From Schmidtea polychroa (Eukaryota): a stretch of 64,000 bases of DNA. The DNA lies in contig CM097885.1 in the NCBI GenBank assembly GCA_044892525.1, forward strand, positions 85,250,001 through 85,314,000, written 5' to 3'. The position numbers were made by a program, and so were the translations under genes. The stretch's first letter is position 1. Every line of letters begins with the position of its first letter. Under the pieces are notes generated by a model that was not told the DNA's origin, did not search any database, and saw nothing but the letters and a program-made list of their open reading frames with translations. Below, piece after piece: positions 29,601 through 44,600 of the stretch.

Positions 29601-32600
29601 TTGAGATGAAGTGGTTGTAGATCNNNNNNNNNNNNNNNNNNNNNNNNNNNNNNNNNNNNNNNNNNNNNNNNNNNNNNNNNNNNNNNNNNNNNNNNNNNNN
29701 NNNNNNNNNNNNNNNNNNNNNNNNNNNNNNNNNNNNNNNNNNNNNNNNNNNNNNNNNNNNNNNNNNNNNNNNNNNNNNNNNNNNNNNNNNNNNNNNNNNN
29801 NNNNNNNNNNNNNNNNTTGGTAGCAGCATTTATTATTTAAAACAATAAAATGATAATTTAAGCCTTTTGCTGCAAATAATGTATTTAATGAAAGAATATT
29901 TAATGAAAGAAGGACTATCGTATAGTCGAAAATTCTTTCATTAAATACATTATTTGCAGCAAAAGGNNNNNNNNNNNNNNNNNNNNNNNNNNNNNNNNNN
30001 NNNNNNNNNNNNNNNNNNNNNNNNNNNNNNNNNNNNNNNNNNNNNNNNNNNNNNNNNNNNNNNNNNNNNNNNNNNNNNNNNNNNNNNNNNNNNNNNNNNN
30101 NNNNNNTATTATTATCGTTATTATAAAATGTTGATTTAATAATTATAATTAATTAAATGTTAAACAATTAAACATTAATATAAGCCCTTTGCTGCAAAAT
30201 ATATATTGAATGAAATGAAAAAATTTTCGATTAGGAAATAATTCATGCCAATTTAATAATTATCTTTATTATTATTTAAATGATGTTTTTTCTTAAAAGT
30301 TACCAATTTAATTTTAAAATTAGATTTCGTACAAATTTTAATCGACTTTCTATTTCTTATTTATAAAAGTTTTTATAAAATAAATCAACACTTATTCATC
30401 TGCCAAGTAATTAGTTGTATTTGTCGTCAAAAGTGTCAAAATTGGAAAAGGTCTGAAAAATGGGAAATTTCTAATTTTTATTAAGCCTCATAGCAAGTAT
30501 AGTGAAAGTAACAGAAATCTGCATAATTACCATTAATTAATTAATTAATTAATTAGTTTTGAAAAATAATTTTAAAATATATATATGAAATAAATTTTCT
30601 ATTAATGTAAAAAATACTGTTCGCTATTTGAAAAGAGACAAATAGAAAAATTAAATTAAAGTGTTAACATCCATAATTAACTAATAAATATAAATATATT
30701 AAATATTTTCTTGTCTACTGATAACTTGAAATCATGCCCAATTTTAATGCCAAAACTATCAATCATAAATAAAAAAGTTAAACTATTGTGTTCTAAATAT
30801 GATGAAAATATTTGAAAATTTCCCCCAAAATGTCACGAACCTATTTTAGATATTCTTTTAACGTTAATCTTGATCTTTTTTAAATTTAAAAATATCACGG
30901 TTAATTCGGTTTTTAAAAATTAATACACAAATTAAAAGTGTTTTTTTATTTTTAAATTCGAAATTTTTTTTAAAAAATTGAACTATTAAAATTAATTAAA
31001 GTAAATAATTAAAAATATAACATAATTTTATTATAAATTTCAAAGACTCGATATTAACAGAAATTTGTGTTGTGACCGATTGTACATCTTTGTGATTTAA
31101 CATATCATCATAAATAACTTCATTTTACTTCTTCGTTGTTTCATTTTTCTAATATTCACTATTTTACATTCATATTTCAGGTAGTGATCAATCCGACTTG
31201 TACAGACAACAAGCAACTCGAATGGTATAAAATGCAAATATCCAAGGGTGTTACGGATGACTTACGAATACAAATGGCTGTGAAAATGGAAAAACCAAAT
31301 AATTTGAAGTATTGTGGACATCTTTTTCTGAAAGGCAAAACGGCCTTTAAGAAATGGCGAAGCCGATATGTCTGTTTGATTCAGGTTAATCAATNNNNNN
31401 NNNNNNNNNNNNNNNNNNNNNNNNNNNNNNNNNNNNNNNNNNNNNNNNNNNNNNNNNNNNNNNNNNNNNNNNNNNNNNNNNNNNNNNNNNNNNNNNNNNN
31501 NNNNNNNNNNNNNNNNNNNNNNNNNNNNNNNNNNNNNNNNNNNNNNNNNNNNNNNNNNNNNNNNNNNNNNNNNNNNNNNNNNNNNNNNNNNNNNNNNNNN
31601 NNNNNNNNNNNNNNNNNNATTTAATTATAAGAAATCGCCACTCGTACAATAGTTTTACGATAAATTTCAACAGTTTTGACACACAAAAGTATTTTTAAAA
31701 TTTAATATAAATAATCAGTTATTTGTCAATGTAGTCAAATTTTACACTAAATATATTTAAAAATTTTGTCTAAAGTTTGATTTTAAAATTTTATTAAAAG
31801 TTTTCAATGATTATTGGGAACGTGTAATATTTGAAGCTTTGTTGAAAAGATTTGAATTTGTAAGTTTATTCTACGTCCCCTTGTGTTTTGAAATTAAATT
31901 GTGGGCATGTTGTTTGTAGTTGTTTTCAAATATATTCAATTATAAATATAAATAAATTTGGATTTTTATTTAGAAAATTTATTTTAATTTATTTAAATAT
32001 ATTTTATTTTATTTTATTATACTAAATATTAAATGGCATCCTCGTCCTGTTATTAATAATTATTACAAATAGATTTATTTGGAGTATCTATAAATCAGTA
32101 TTTATAATTTAATTTGAAATAATAAATATAATAATATTCTTTCTATATTTAAATTACTTACTAAGAGTTTACGTATTTTCTACATGTTGCCCATTGAAAG
32201 AACTGAGTTTGATCTCACTAATAAAGAATCAATTGTATGTTATGTTATATGTCTTAATATTTGTGTTTCATTTACATTTGTAAAAGATAAGCAGATAAAT
32301 GTAATTAATAATTTCGTTTGTCGAATTTAACAGATATTGGGGCTATTTCTAGTGCAAATTTATCATTCTTTTTTTTTATTCCCTTGAGCAATAGTTGCGC
32401 AGATATTGTAATTTAGAACTACGAATTATTGTTTTTAACGATTATAATCAACAAGATACTTTTATGTTTTTCTGGTCACTATATTTTGTCTTTCACGATT
32501 TTCTAACACTTTCGAACACTTTTCACAGAATTTCCAGAGGAATTATTATGCAATTGCGAAGAAACTAGGAAATAATTAGCGAGTAGATTTATGTCATGAG

Positions 32601-35600
32601 TTTTTCACCGTTAAAATTTCAAATTTCTTATTCTCGTCTTTTTCCCTGAGAGAAATATTTTGCTCCCTTACTTTGACTTTTGAGTCGCTCATTTGGCAAA
32701 TTGATAAACTCCACAAAACAAAAAGTAATGGAGAAATAATATTATTTTCAAAATTTTAATTTAAATAAACATTTGGTGATATTATTTTACATTTATTTTA
32801 CATTTAATAGGTTAAACATTTATCAAGAGCTTAAATATTTTAAAAAAATCCATAAAGCTCATCTAATCGTTTGAGCTGGCAAAAGGTTATAAAATAGAAA
32901 CCGAATAAGTTATGGTTACCTTCACAGATAGATGATCACATGTATGAGTTATTTGATAAGAATATAAATAATCTAAAACTACTAAAATATTAGTATAAAT
33001 ATCGGTAACTAAAATGTGCACATAATTGATCAATTGAAACTAACATGTATTTTTATTTATATTTACAGAAAAAATGCATTATTAAATGTCGAACCCATAT
33101 ACGGCTCTACCCATATACGGTGCTACCCATATACAGTGCTACCCATATACAGTGCTACCCATATACGGTGCTACCCATATACGGTCCTACCCATATACGG
33201 TCCTACCCATATACGGTCCTACCAATATACGGTGCTACCCATATACGGTGCTACCCATATACGGTCCTACCCATATACGGTCCTACCCATATACGGTGCT
33301 ACCCATATACGGTGCTACCCATATACGGCTCTACCCATATACGGCTCTACCCATATACAGTGCTACCCATATTCGGCTCTACCCATATACAGTGCTACCC
33401 ATATTCGGCTCTACCCATCTACGGCTCTACCCATTTACGACGCTACCCATATACGGAACTAAAATAAAATACATAAAAAACCTATATATATATATATATA
33501 TATATATTGTTGGTTTGAAATTTTAGGATTTTAAAACAATTTTTACTGAATTAAAAGAATTCAATTTAAAGTTTTATTTTTTTAAGTTTGTTTTTACAAA
33601 CAGTTTTTTTAATTGATTGATTACTACTTTTTTCAATTTTAAAGTTATCAGATCCAACTCTTTCAACTATAATCTATTGCAATAGGGCCGATGTCTATAG
33701 CAACATAGCTTTAACCCTATATATAAAGTCTGATTTTTCATACATAGCCTTCATGCCGGTATGATCTGAAAGATGTAACTGGGTAAAAATATCAATTTGT
33801 GATGCAATATCATTATGAGCTACAATTAATTAATGGATGCTTTTTTCATCGATATAGTATAATTTTTCTTCAATTAAAATATATTTCTTAATTTTTTAAG
33901 AAAATCTTTCGAGATTGATTCGTCATACCGAACAATGAATCTGTTCCATATCTCAGAAATTCAATTATATTTTCTTTTGTTCGATGGTAAGTATGACTTT
34001 CATTGGGGAATTCTTTTTAAACTAATTTTATATCTTAAAACTTTAAATAAATAAAAAATTTATTTATAGTTTTTAATTACATTTTTATTTTTACAGTTCC
34101 ATTTATGGGTAGAGTCGTATATGGGTTCGATATTAAATAAAATGGCATCATTGTTTGCAGAAAACACAAATACCCAGAAAAGGAATTTCTTTATTAACGA
34201 CTTTGAAAACATAATCCAACACAACTGTTATCATTTCAAGAATATCACTAGTTACATTTATCACCGGAGACAAATCAGGTTTCATATACTCGTGCTTTTC
34301 TTTATTTCGTGATCCTTCTTTCATTAGATCCAAACCGTAGCTTTCAGATTCATGAGCGATTCCTTGCACTTCGATAGGGACAAACATAGCTCCATTATTT
34401 TTAGTTTTGTCCAATAGTTCATATTTCATATCACATAAATAATCTTCATTTTGTTTTCCAATCGAAATATTACTTTGATCTTTACTTTGTAAATTTGTAG
34501 ACTTATCTTTCATTGTGATATTAGGCAGTGGGATGCTCATTGAATACTTGCATAACGCCTCTGATTCTTTAAGATTTTCGAAATCTTGGATAATACTAGA
34601 AAATGTACAAGAGTTTTTCATTTTGAAATTGTCAGATTTGGGAAAATCAAATGAACGAAACTTGTTATTGAACATATTTTGAATTTCTACTTTATATTTG
34701 TAAGAATATACATCATCATCATGTATCAATTCATTTCCAATGACACGAGAATTTGCGTCAGACCTTCTTTCAATTGCATCAGTTATTTAGAATAGAGCCT
34801 ATGGATGAATATTAATTCCAACGCCAGGTTCCATTTTTTTCTCCATTTTAAACAACATCACAAAATCTCCTTTTAAAACAAACTCAAGCTTCCAGAATAC
34901 AATTTTCTACCAAACCTCTAAATCAAAATCAATCTTTTATAATAAAATATAAAATATACCAATTCTTCGCGTCTGTGTGCGCACATCAATATCACGATAA
35001 TTCGGCACACAGACGCGAGAAAACTCAACAAACAAAAACTGCCAGTCAGAGGTAGACGTCATTCCCCCCTCTGACTGGTCGAAATTCTTTTTAAACTAAT
35101 TTTATATCTTAAAATTTTTAAATAAATAAAAAATTAATTCATAGTTTTTAATTACATTTTTATTTTTACAGTTCCATTTATTGGTAGAGTCGTATATGGG
35201 TTCGATATTAAATAAAATGGCATCATAGACATCATTTTTTAACAGTTTCCCAATGTTCTTGATATTAAAAAAGTCAAAGCTAAATAGCAGTCATTTAATA
35301 CTTGGATTTAAATTTTGTGAGAATTTCAATTACAACTTTAATGATACGCGTTGTTATACATGGTTAACAGGTGAGTGAAGGAATTGGTAAAGAGTAAAAC
35401 TGTTCTATATCCATTATTTTCCTAGGGCAGTTTTATTGGAAGAATCATAGCTTACATCAGTGGTTCTCAATTAATATAAAAGCGCGGAATACTGTCGTAA
35501 ATCTGTCGTAAACGTAAACAATGCCTTCTTATAAGCAAAGAAAATACCACGCGCAACAATAACAAGCAATAAAAACACTTTTATATTTGTATGTTTATAT

Positions 35601-38600
35601 ATCTGTGTAACGGCTTTCTTATTGAATCATCTTATAAAAAAATTAATTGAGGTTTTTGATGATATGTATCTTAAATGCAAATTTAAAGATAAAATATCAT
35701 TTTTTTCGCAGAACAGGGGTTGAGAACTACTGGCTTACATATATACAATTCTGGAATGTATTAGATAACTTGATAAGAAATTTTATATTTATTACAAAAG
35801 AATTAATAATAAATTAAAACATATTTGATAAATACATACGTAATGCAAACATTTTGATTTCATCAACACAAAATCATCCCAAGTGCCAAATTGACCATAT
35901 TGTTATGACAATTTTGAAGATAAATCGTTTTGATTTCGTAAAAAAAAATTAAATACTTATTATTTTTATTATTAAATTTTTAAAATATATTTCAAACTAT
36001 TATCAATAAATAAGATGATGTTTAAATCAAGAATTATGGTTGATGGAAGGGAAAATTTCACCAGTGAATTAGTGATTCCCATATGAAATAATCAATTAAA
36101 TATGTAAAATATCAATATTTAATGAATAAATAATTATTTATTTTGGATTTTCATTTGAAATCCTAATCAGAACGCTGTCGACCACTTAATGAGATTACCA
36201 AGTTAATTGTGAAAGAAATTGATCAAATAATANNNNNNNNNNNNNNNNNNNNNNNNNNNNNNNNNNNNNNNNNNNNNNNNNNNNNNNNNNNNNNNNNNNN
36301 NNNNNNNNNNNNNNNNNNNNNNNNNNNNNNNNNNNNNNNNNNNNNNNNNNNNNNNNNNNNNNNNNNNNNNNNNNNNNNNNNNNNNNNNNNNNNNNNNNNN
36401 NNNNNNNNNNNNNNNNNNNNNNNNNNNNNNNNNNNNNNNNNNNNNNNNNNNNNNNNNNNNNNNNNNNNNNNNNNNNNNNNNNNNNNNNNNNNNNNNNNNN
36501 NNNNNNNNNNNNNNNNNNNNNNNNNNNNNNNNNNNNNNCAATATACGTTTGTTATGGCTTCATATAAACCGAAAAAGTCAGATGCAACAGAAATTATGCA
36601 AATAGATGGATACACCGTTGATTATTGTGATGCACAATCAGGTAAAGGAGCCATTTCATTAGCAACATAACATGTTATTAAAACCTTTAATTTCCTAATA
36701 GAATACTATTCAATGATGAAATCCAAAAGAAATTTTTCTTGTAAAAGACAATTTTTAAAATTTAGTAAATAAATATCACTTTTCGAAACAGATTTCCGTA
36801 AACAAAAATTAGAATTACAATTCTAGAATATATCCAAAATAAGGGATACATATAATATATATATGAATCGCCCATTTCCCTGCACTTATTGGGTATTAAT
36901 AACTTACTTGTTCAGAAAATTCATCAAATTTCAATTCGCATTTTTCATTTGATAGTAATTGATAAAAATTAAATGGTTTTAGGATTGTACAAGTTTAAAG
37001 GATCTTTATATCTGATTGATAAAATAATTAATTTAATCATGTTCTGCATGAATGATAAGTTATGTATGAATGGTATGTGATCGACACTATTTATGCTTGA
37101 ATTTCTCTGGATAAATGTTTAGATATAATTCAGGTTCTTCATTACTAATTTATTTACCAAGATTGGTATTTATATGAAAATAATTATGTAGTTGAAAAAA
37201 AGAATTTTTAGAAAATTTAGTATAAATTTAACAAATGACAATAAGCATATAAGCTGTGAGGGTAAAAATGTTCAATTGGAAAAAAAGTAATCTAGTGAAA
37301 CAAAAGTGACACTTAATACAATAATTCCCTAACCCCCTTTGCTGCAACAAACAGAGAAATCGAAAATCAGACTTTTTTTCTATCGAAAATTTATACTGGA
37401 AGCATGAAGTAAACCTATTTCAATTAAATTTTATTACTGAATTTGAACTTAATTATAATCCCGATCCCTGTATTGAAGGTTGTACTCAGTTAGCCATGGC
37501 CAACCGGTGGCCCACGAAGCGTTTTGATGTGGCCCGGACACAATTTTAAACATCAAATCAATAATTGTCTTTTTTAGAATTCATATTCGAATTAAGCATG
37601 TTTTTAATTTAAAAAATTGATTCTAAGTTTACTTGAATCGTAAAAACGAGTTATATTTATTTAAATGAATTTATTGTGGCCCGTGATAGTATTTTTCCGA
37701 AAATTTTGGCCCTTAGATTGATTTGGGTTGGCCACCACTGTACTAAGTAGATCTATGAATCTAAATTTAATATTGTGGTTCGAGCAGGTTAATACAAATA
37801 GCTAATAAAGATGTAGTACCTAGAGTTAAGAAATAGTTCTGTGGTCACTTGGTATAATTTGGTTATAATCACTTTTCAAATTTATATTGAGTAACCGGAG
37901 TTAGGGGGAAAATGATGCAAAAGCATTTTTTCATCATGCTATTCTCAATATTTTATGATTAATAATAATAATGATAATTATTCAAAAACATGTATCCTTG
38001 ATATATTTAAAATGTTTGTATTAGTATGACAAATGAAACCGGAAATATAAAAGATAACAATATAGTATTATGATAATATAATGAAATGTATTTTCTTGCA
38101 GTTTCTCAAATTTTTGCTAAATTTCGACAGACTTTAGATAATCTCCCAATGTGGGTCATTGTTGAGAATTCTAGTTCAGTTACCCTTAAGTCCCTTAGAT
38201 AATCCATGCTTATGTATTACCCGCGCCAGGAGATTTCGAGTAAAATTTACTTTTTTCATTTTGTATACACCAACACTTTTAATTTATTTTTTATATCACT
38301 TCTTCTTAAGATAACCCATGGGTTACCTATAAGACTTTTGGGTAGATAAATGGTTCTAAGTAAGAAGTAAAATATATAATGCTCTATTCAATATTTGAAG
38401 ATAATTTATCTGGAAAAAATTCGAAAAGTATTAAGATCAGAAAAGTTATTAGCGAAAGCCATTTTTGTCAAAATCTCATAATCATAATCTCATTACTAAT
38501 GCCTATGAATTTGTTCGGGTTTCTTTATAAATAGGCTCTTTATCTTATTATAGCTTATTTCGTTAATGATTAATTTCTTAATCATCATATTCTCCTTAAT

Positions 38601-41600
38601 ATTTTTGATATTCCACTTCAGATAATGATGTTCATTTTTTATTCTTCAAAATCATTTATGATGTATATTCTTTAGATTTGGTAACAAATACCTCCAAATA
38701 CTTTTTCAATCTTGTCAAGGAAGGAGACAATGTATTAGCGGCTACAGCTGACGAAAATGAACGGCAGCTTTGGGTGCAAGCTATTTACAGAGCAACTGGA
38801 CAAACCCACAAACCGGTGTTAATTGTCAATCAAAATAGTAAAGCAAAACCAGGCACACCGCGCTCATTTAGCGGTGGTGGTAAAATTAATTTTTTTAAGG
38901 CTGGTCAGTTCATGTATTAATTTCATAGATTCCGATAGAGCCAAAAAACACGGATTGGAAAAATTTGTGTCAATTGAGCCATGGAAATTTCCGCATGCTG
39001 ATTTATTTAGAAATCTTCAATCTTTATCTTTGGATTTTCGTCTTAAAGATCAATATGTCTCCTTGGGTTGGTTCAATCCTGGTCAGATGTTCGTGTTAGA
39101 TGAGTACTGTGCACGATATGGAGTGAGAGGATGCTATAGACACCTATGTTACTTGTCGGATCTTCTTGATAAGGCTGAACACGGTACAATGATTGACCCT
39201 GCTCTAGTTCATTACAGTTATGCATTTTGCTCAAGCCATGTCTGNNNNNNNNNNNNNNNNNNNNNNNNNNNNNNNNNNNNNNNNNNNNNNNNNNNNNNNN
39301 NNNNNNNNNNNNNNNNNNNNNNNNNNNNNNNNNNNNNNNNNNNNNNNNNNNNNNNNNNNNNNNNNNNNNNNNNNNNNNNNNNNNNNNNNNNNNNNNNNNN
39401 NNNNNNNNNNNNNNNNNNNNNNNNNNNNNNNNNNNNNNNNNNNNNNNNNNNNNNNNNNNNNNNNNNNNNNNNNNNNNNNNNNNNNNNNNNNNNNNNNNNN
39501 NNNNNNNNNNNNNNNNNNNNNNNNNNNNNNNNNNNNNNNNNNNNNNNNNNNNNNNNNNNNNNNNNNNNNNNNNNNNNNNNNNNNNNNNNNNNNNNNNCCT
39601 AAGTATTATCATGAAATGAAATTGGAATGAATCATTATTTGTGGGAAAATATTGTTTTAGTATGAATAACTGATTAGCTAATCATGTTGCATCATCAATT
39701 ATGTATAATATATAGGAAAAGTACATTTAATAGTAGTAGTGATGACTCTGAAAATATTAAAATAATATCTGATAAAAAAACAACATATTTTTTTAAATTT
39801 TCTCCCAGGTTGCAATGTGAAACATCGGATGAGTAAAATTTTAAATCAATTAGAACAGAATTTTTTATTAAATGTGTAAATTTTGTTTTTCATAAAATGG
39901 CTTCTGTTTGCTTCACATAGAAATGTTAATATTATTTTAATAATCTGAATAATATTCTGGTTATTTGTTCTAATCATTTTTATGATTTTTATTATTACCT
40001 ATTTGATTTGGTCACACATTTTATCTTTTAAATCAAAATTATATTATCAAAATCTTTAAAATAGTAAATTGTTTATATATTATATTTATAAATTATAAAT
40101 TAATGGCTTTGAAAATGTTTATTCAGTCAAATTGACTTTTTTCTCCCCCAAATTTATTATTTATAATTTCTCATGTAATAGATTTTTTATATTATATTAC
40201 ATTTTTGTTCATTTTATTATAAAAATTTTTATGGTACTTACGACAATATTCCTTTGATTGCAGTCCTATATTATTCTGATATACATATTGTTTTCATGTA
40301 TTTCTCCATAGGAAGAGGAGCTTAGACTCAAATTGTCCGTACAAATATTTGGTGCACCTGCGTAGATATAGTAACAATCAGTGCATTTTCTCTGACGGCG
40401 TTCCGGCACCTTTTTTCGCTGAATGATTTTAAAAAATTGACATATGTTTTGGTTTTTTGTCATATTTCTATTTCTGATATTTCAAATAGTCAATTACAAT
40501 CAAATTAAAAGTATTAGTCGTACGCCAAAGCGAGTGAATCATAACTCCGTGCTTTCTATGTGTTTTTACTATTATATAAAACACGCTTACAGTAAATATA
40601 CGCCATTAATATACTACGTCATTAAAACCGTTTCATGTCGTCGGCGTTGTAAATTCACATTGTAAAATAATCAATATATTTAAAATTTCAAAAAATTCAG
40701 CGTCATTTTTTTTCATATAAAGGATAGTACAGATACGTTCCGGGACCTTTTTTCCAGAAAAAAAGCACTGGTAACAATATTTATTATTATTATTATTATT
40801 AGTTTTTTCCTAATTTCTAATTTAACAGATCGGTTCGTGTCTGTTGCGTTCAAGATGCTAAGCTTTCCCATAAATATACGACTAAATCTAAGGAAATTTT
40901 ATTGGCTTGATCAATTAAGACAATTTATCAGCAGACCTTGAATGAAATAATTGAATATAGAGAGGATCATATGATAAATGACAATTGAGATAGTTCATTC
41001 TATATATTAGCAATGAAATATTGGAACTGGTGGATTAGGAGCAATTAATAAATCACTCAATTCTTAGGGATATTGGATTTGCATATTTTCCTTGATCTAT
41101 TTCTCTGTAAATTTATTACTTCGTTCACTCTTATATTTGATCATCATTTTTTCCGTATATTTTTCTCCATGTGTTCATTAACGTTTCTTTCATTGTAGAT
41201 TATTTATTCAAATTGACGAGGAAAGATTTTGAAAGGATTTCTTTCATTTTCTACGATTGATAATCTCAATAGAATTGTCATATTTGCAATTTGAATAATT
41301 GCAAATGAACCGTTGATTAATATTCTTTTATATAGTTTGAAGAATTCAAAACAACAAAATGTTTCAAACGTCTTCTTCAGAATTATCATTCTTTAAATCT
41401 AACACTTTGATCTCGTTAATAGCTATGACTTTCTTTTTATTCTTTTTTTAATCATTATGTTCATATTTCTCCATATGAATTAATTATTAATAAACTATAA
41501 GTTTTATTAAAGGTTTTTGACTCTTCAGTATATTGAAAAGCAAGAATTTCTGAATTAAAAATTACTATTATGCATATGGCGTCTATATTTATGCTGCGGA

Positions 41601-44600
41601 CAAAATCGACGAAACAACAGCAAAGGCACTTTTTGCCAAGATGGCAAGGCATTCAGCAGAATTTTAGAATTTTAAAAATTCCAATTCGATATTATTCTTT
41701 TTAAAAATGACGAAAAATAGTCGACCAATAGCGATTTCTTGCATACCATGTGGAGTTGGGACTGTGCTGGTTTACTCGTTTTCAGATTCATTTAACTTAT
41801 CGTGACATATAGTATATTTTTCCAGGTTTATTTTTAAATATAATTTTTGCGTTTTCCTTGCATTGAATAATATCATTAATGAACTTTTTGCATTCTTAAC
41901 TATCTTTAATGAACTCTAAGCTTTTAAACCCATGATTAATTATATTTTAAAATTTTTAATAAATACCATTTTTCATTTAGAATATTTTACTTAAACAGAT
42001 TTTTAAGTAAGTAATTTGATTGATTAAAACAGGGTTCCCCAAACTAAGGCCCACGCAGTAGTTTTTATGGCCCACTCAAATACAAATAACTAAAATTAAA
42101 AATATTTTTAGAAAAATTTAAAATAAACTAAGAATTTTTTTTTACATTTTTTTAAAAAATATTTTTAAAAACACTACATGCTTAAATATATTATATTACT
42201 ACTCTATTTAAAATTTTAAATCTAGGCGTCTGTTAACTTCCTTACGTTGCATAAGATTTCTTTTTTGCTAAACTCGCAAAAAATATTTCTCAGAACTTTG
42301 AAATTTTTTTTTGACAATTAAACGTTATTTTCCTATGATAACAACCAAGTAAGCTATATTTAGCACGAACTTCTATATTTATCGAAAATTCATCAAATAT
42401 ATTACCATGAAAGTTAAATGATTACTGATAGATCAATTAGTGTTCAATTTTTTAAGAATATAGTAATTGTTTCATGGTTTGTTAATTTATTGTGAAAATA
42501 ATAAAAATTTAAATAATTAAAATAGTAATAACGGCTATATAATGATGTCGAAAAAAAGAAAAGTAGATGATGAACGCCGCGTATTTAATGAACAATGGTC
42601 AATTGATTATTTTTTTACATTGGTTAATAATAATTGTATATGTCTGATTTGTATATATATATATATATATACAGCGCCGGCTCTAGCATTAGTAGCGCCC
42701 CGATGCGAAACTCATTTTAGACGCCCATTTATTTTATTGGTTTTTTGGAATTAACGTAATTTAATTGGCAATATTAAATTTGTAATAAAAACATTAAAAA
42801 ATTAATAATAATTCTTTTCCAAGTGAAATACAGGTTTTATTTTGTTTATATATTTTTTTATTTTATTGAAACAATATTATAATATACAAAAATTACATAA
42901 CATACATATATTTTGTATAAAAATTGACAAAACTATTATTCTAGATATTTACTTTTCTAGCTTTTAAACTGGCAAATTCATCAATTAAATTATGTATATC
43001 TAATTTGTCGCATATATCACTTTCAATCGATATCATTGCTAAACCAACTAATCTTTCTTGTGAAATTGTTGATCTTAAATAATTTTTAATTAGTTTAAGC
43101 TTCGAAAAAGATCGTTCTCCGCTAGCAACTGAAACTGGTAAAGTTAAAAATATTTTAATAGCAATTACAAAATTGGGAAAAATGGAATCCAGTAGATTTT
43201 TATATATATATATTGCAAGATGTTTAGTGGGTTTTCAAAGTCTTTCAAAAATTCCTTTGCTATTTTTATTTCATTAAATAATTCTGTTGCAGATATATCT
43301 TTTTTCTCGCCATCGGTTAGCATTATTTCTAAATCAGAACAATGTTTTTTTAATGTATTATCATCCATTTTGTTAATTTCTTTTATATTATGTATAAATT
43401 CAAATTTTTCACTATATTTTGTGAAAAGATTAAACCTTTCTTTTAAAGAATTGATAGTAATATCTAAAATTGGCAGAAAAAATGATATTTTATATTTAAG
43501 TATCGGATCAACTGGCGTTTCGTCTACAGATTCATAACCAAAAATTTTTTTCTTTCTTCTTCGTAACGTATTATCTTTGAATTTCGCAGGTATTTCTAAA
43601 TCAGCTGCTATATTTTCTGCCGTTTGAAGAATAAGACTAAAATTTTCATCGGATCTATATTCTTCAATAAATTTAATAAGACTATTTAACGCAACTGAAG
43701 AAACATTTAAGTTTTGATTTGGATTTTGGAGCAGTTTACTAACAACGTTAACTTTACTTAAAACATCGTACCAAATAACCACTGAACATATAAATTCATA
43801 CTCTTTTATTTTGAAAGCCACAGCCTTAGCTTCATGCTTTGTATTATTATCTATTTCTAGGTTTTCATAAATGTCAACTAAAGCATCTAAAATTTCAGCT
43901 ATTTCAAACCTAAGTGGACGAAGGGCATCGACTCTTGATTCCCACCTGGTGGCTGACAAAGGTTTTACTGTAATTTTAGTATTTTTTTTTTAAGAACTCC
44001 CATCGTTTTGTTGAAGCGCTAAAGAAATTATAAATTGTTTGAATAGTGGAAAAGAAACTAAATGATTCTGTGTTAATTTTGGCTGCATCATTCACTACTA
44101 AATTAAGTGTATGTGCAGCACATGGGACGGAAAATGCACGAGAATTCAAATTTAAAATACGTTTTTGGACCCCATTATTTTTCCCATGCATATTTGCGCC
44201 ATTATCGTAACCTTGTCCACGTAGATCATTAATATTCAAACCTAAATCTTTAATGTTGTCAATAAGATAAGTTGCTAAACCTTTTCCTGTGGAGTCACAT
44301 ACTTTTAAAAATCCCAAAAAATGTTCGCTTATTGCAACTTCATTATTTTCATCTTTATTGACAAATCTGGCTATAAATGTCATTTGTTCGTTATGACTAA
44401 TATCAGGAGTGCAATCTAATATTAGAGAAAAATATTTGGCATTAATTATCATTTGAATAATATTTTGCAAAATTTTCGAAGAGATCAACGATATTATTTC
44501 ATTTTGTATAGTTTTGCCTAAATAATGAACTGTTTGTGTCTCCTTTTTTTGTATCTTTGCTAAATGATTTGCTATTACTATGTCAAATTTAGAAAAAAGT

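Noticed and set aside
33016-33526. Three overlapping ~145-aa ORFs and a CRISPR-like look
   Set aside because: A stop-free 16-bp minisatellite cycles through all frames; units are contiguous with no unique spacers, there are no cas genes, and the context is eukaryotic.
34121-34312. 63-aa plus-strand ORF
   Set aside because: Antisense shadow of the eIF3f-derived fragment.
40230-41800. Repeated tatttctccata motif, hAT-like end motifs (40400, 40735) and Cys-rich peptides
   Set aside because: Probably a rearranged transposon relic, but boundaries and family could not be defined.
43220-43537. 105-aa plus-strand ORF (also 54192-54644)
   Set aside because: Antisense shadows of transposase ORFs.
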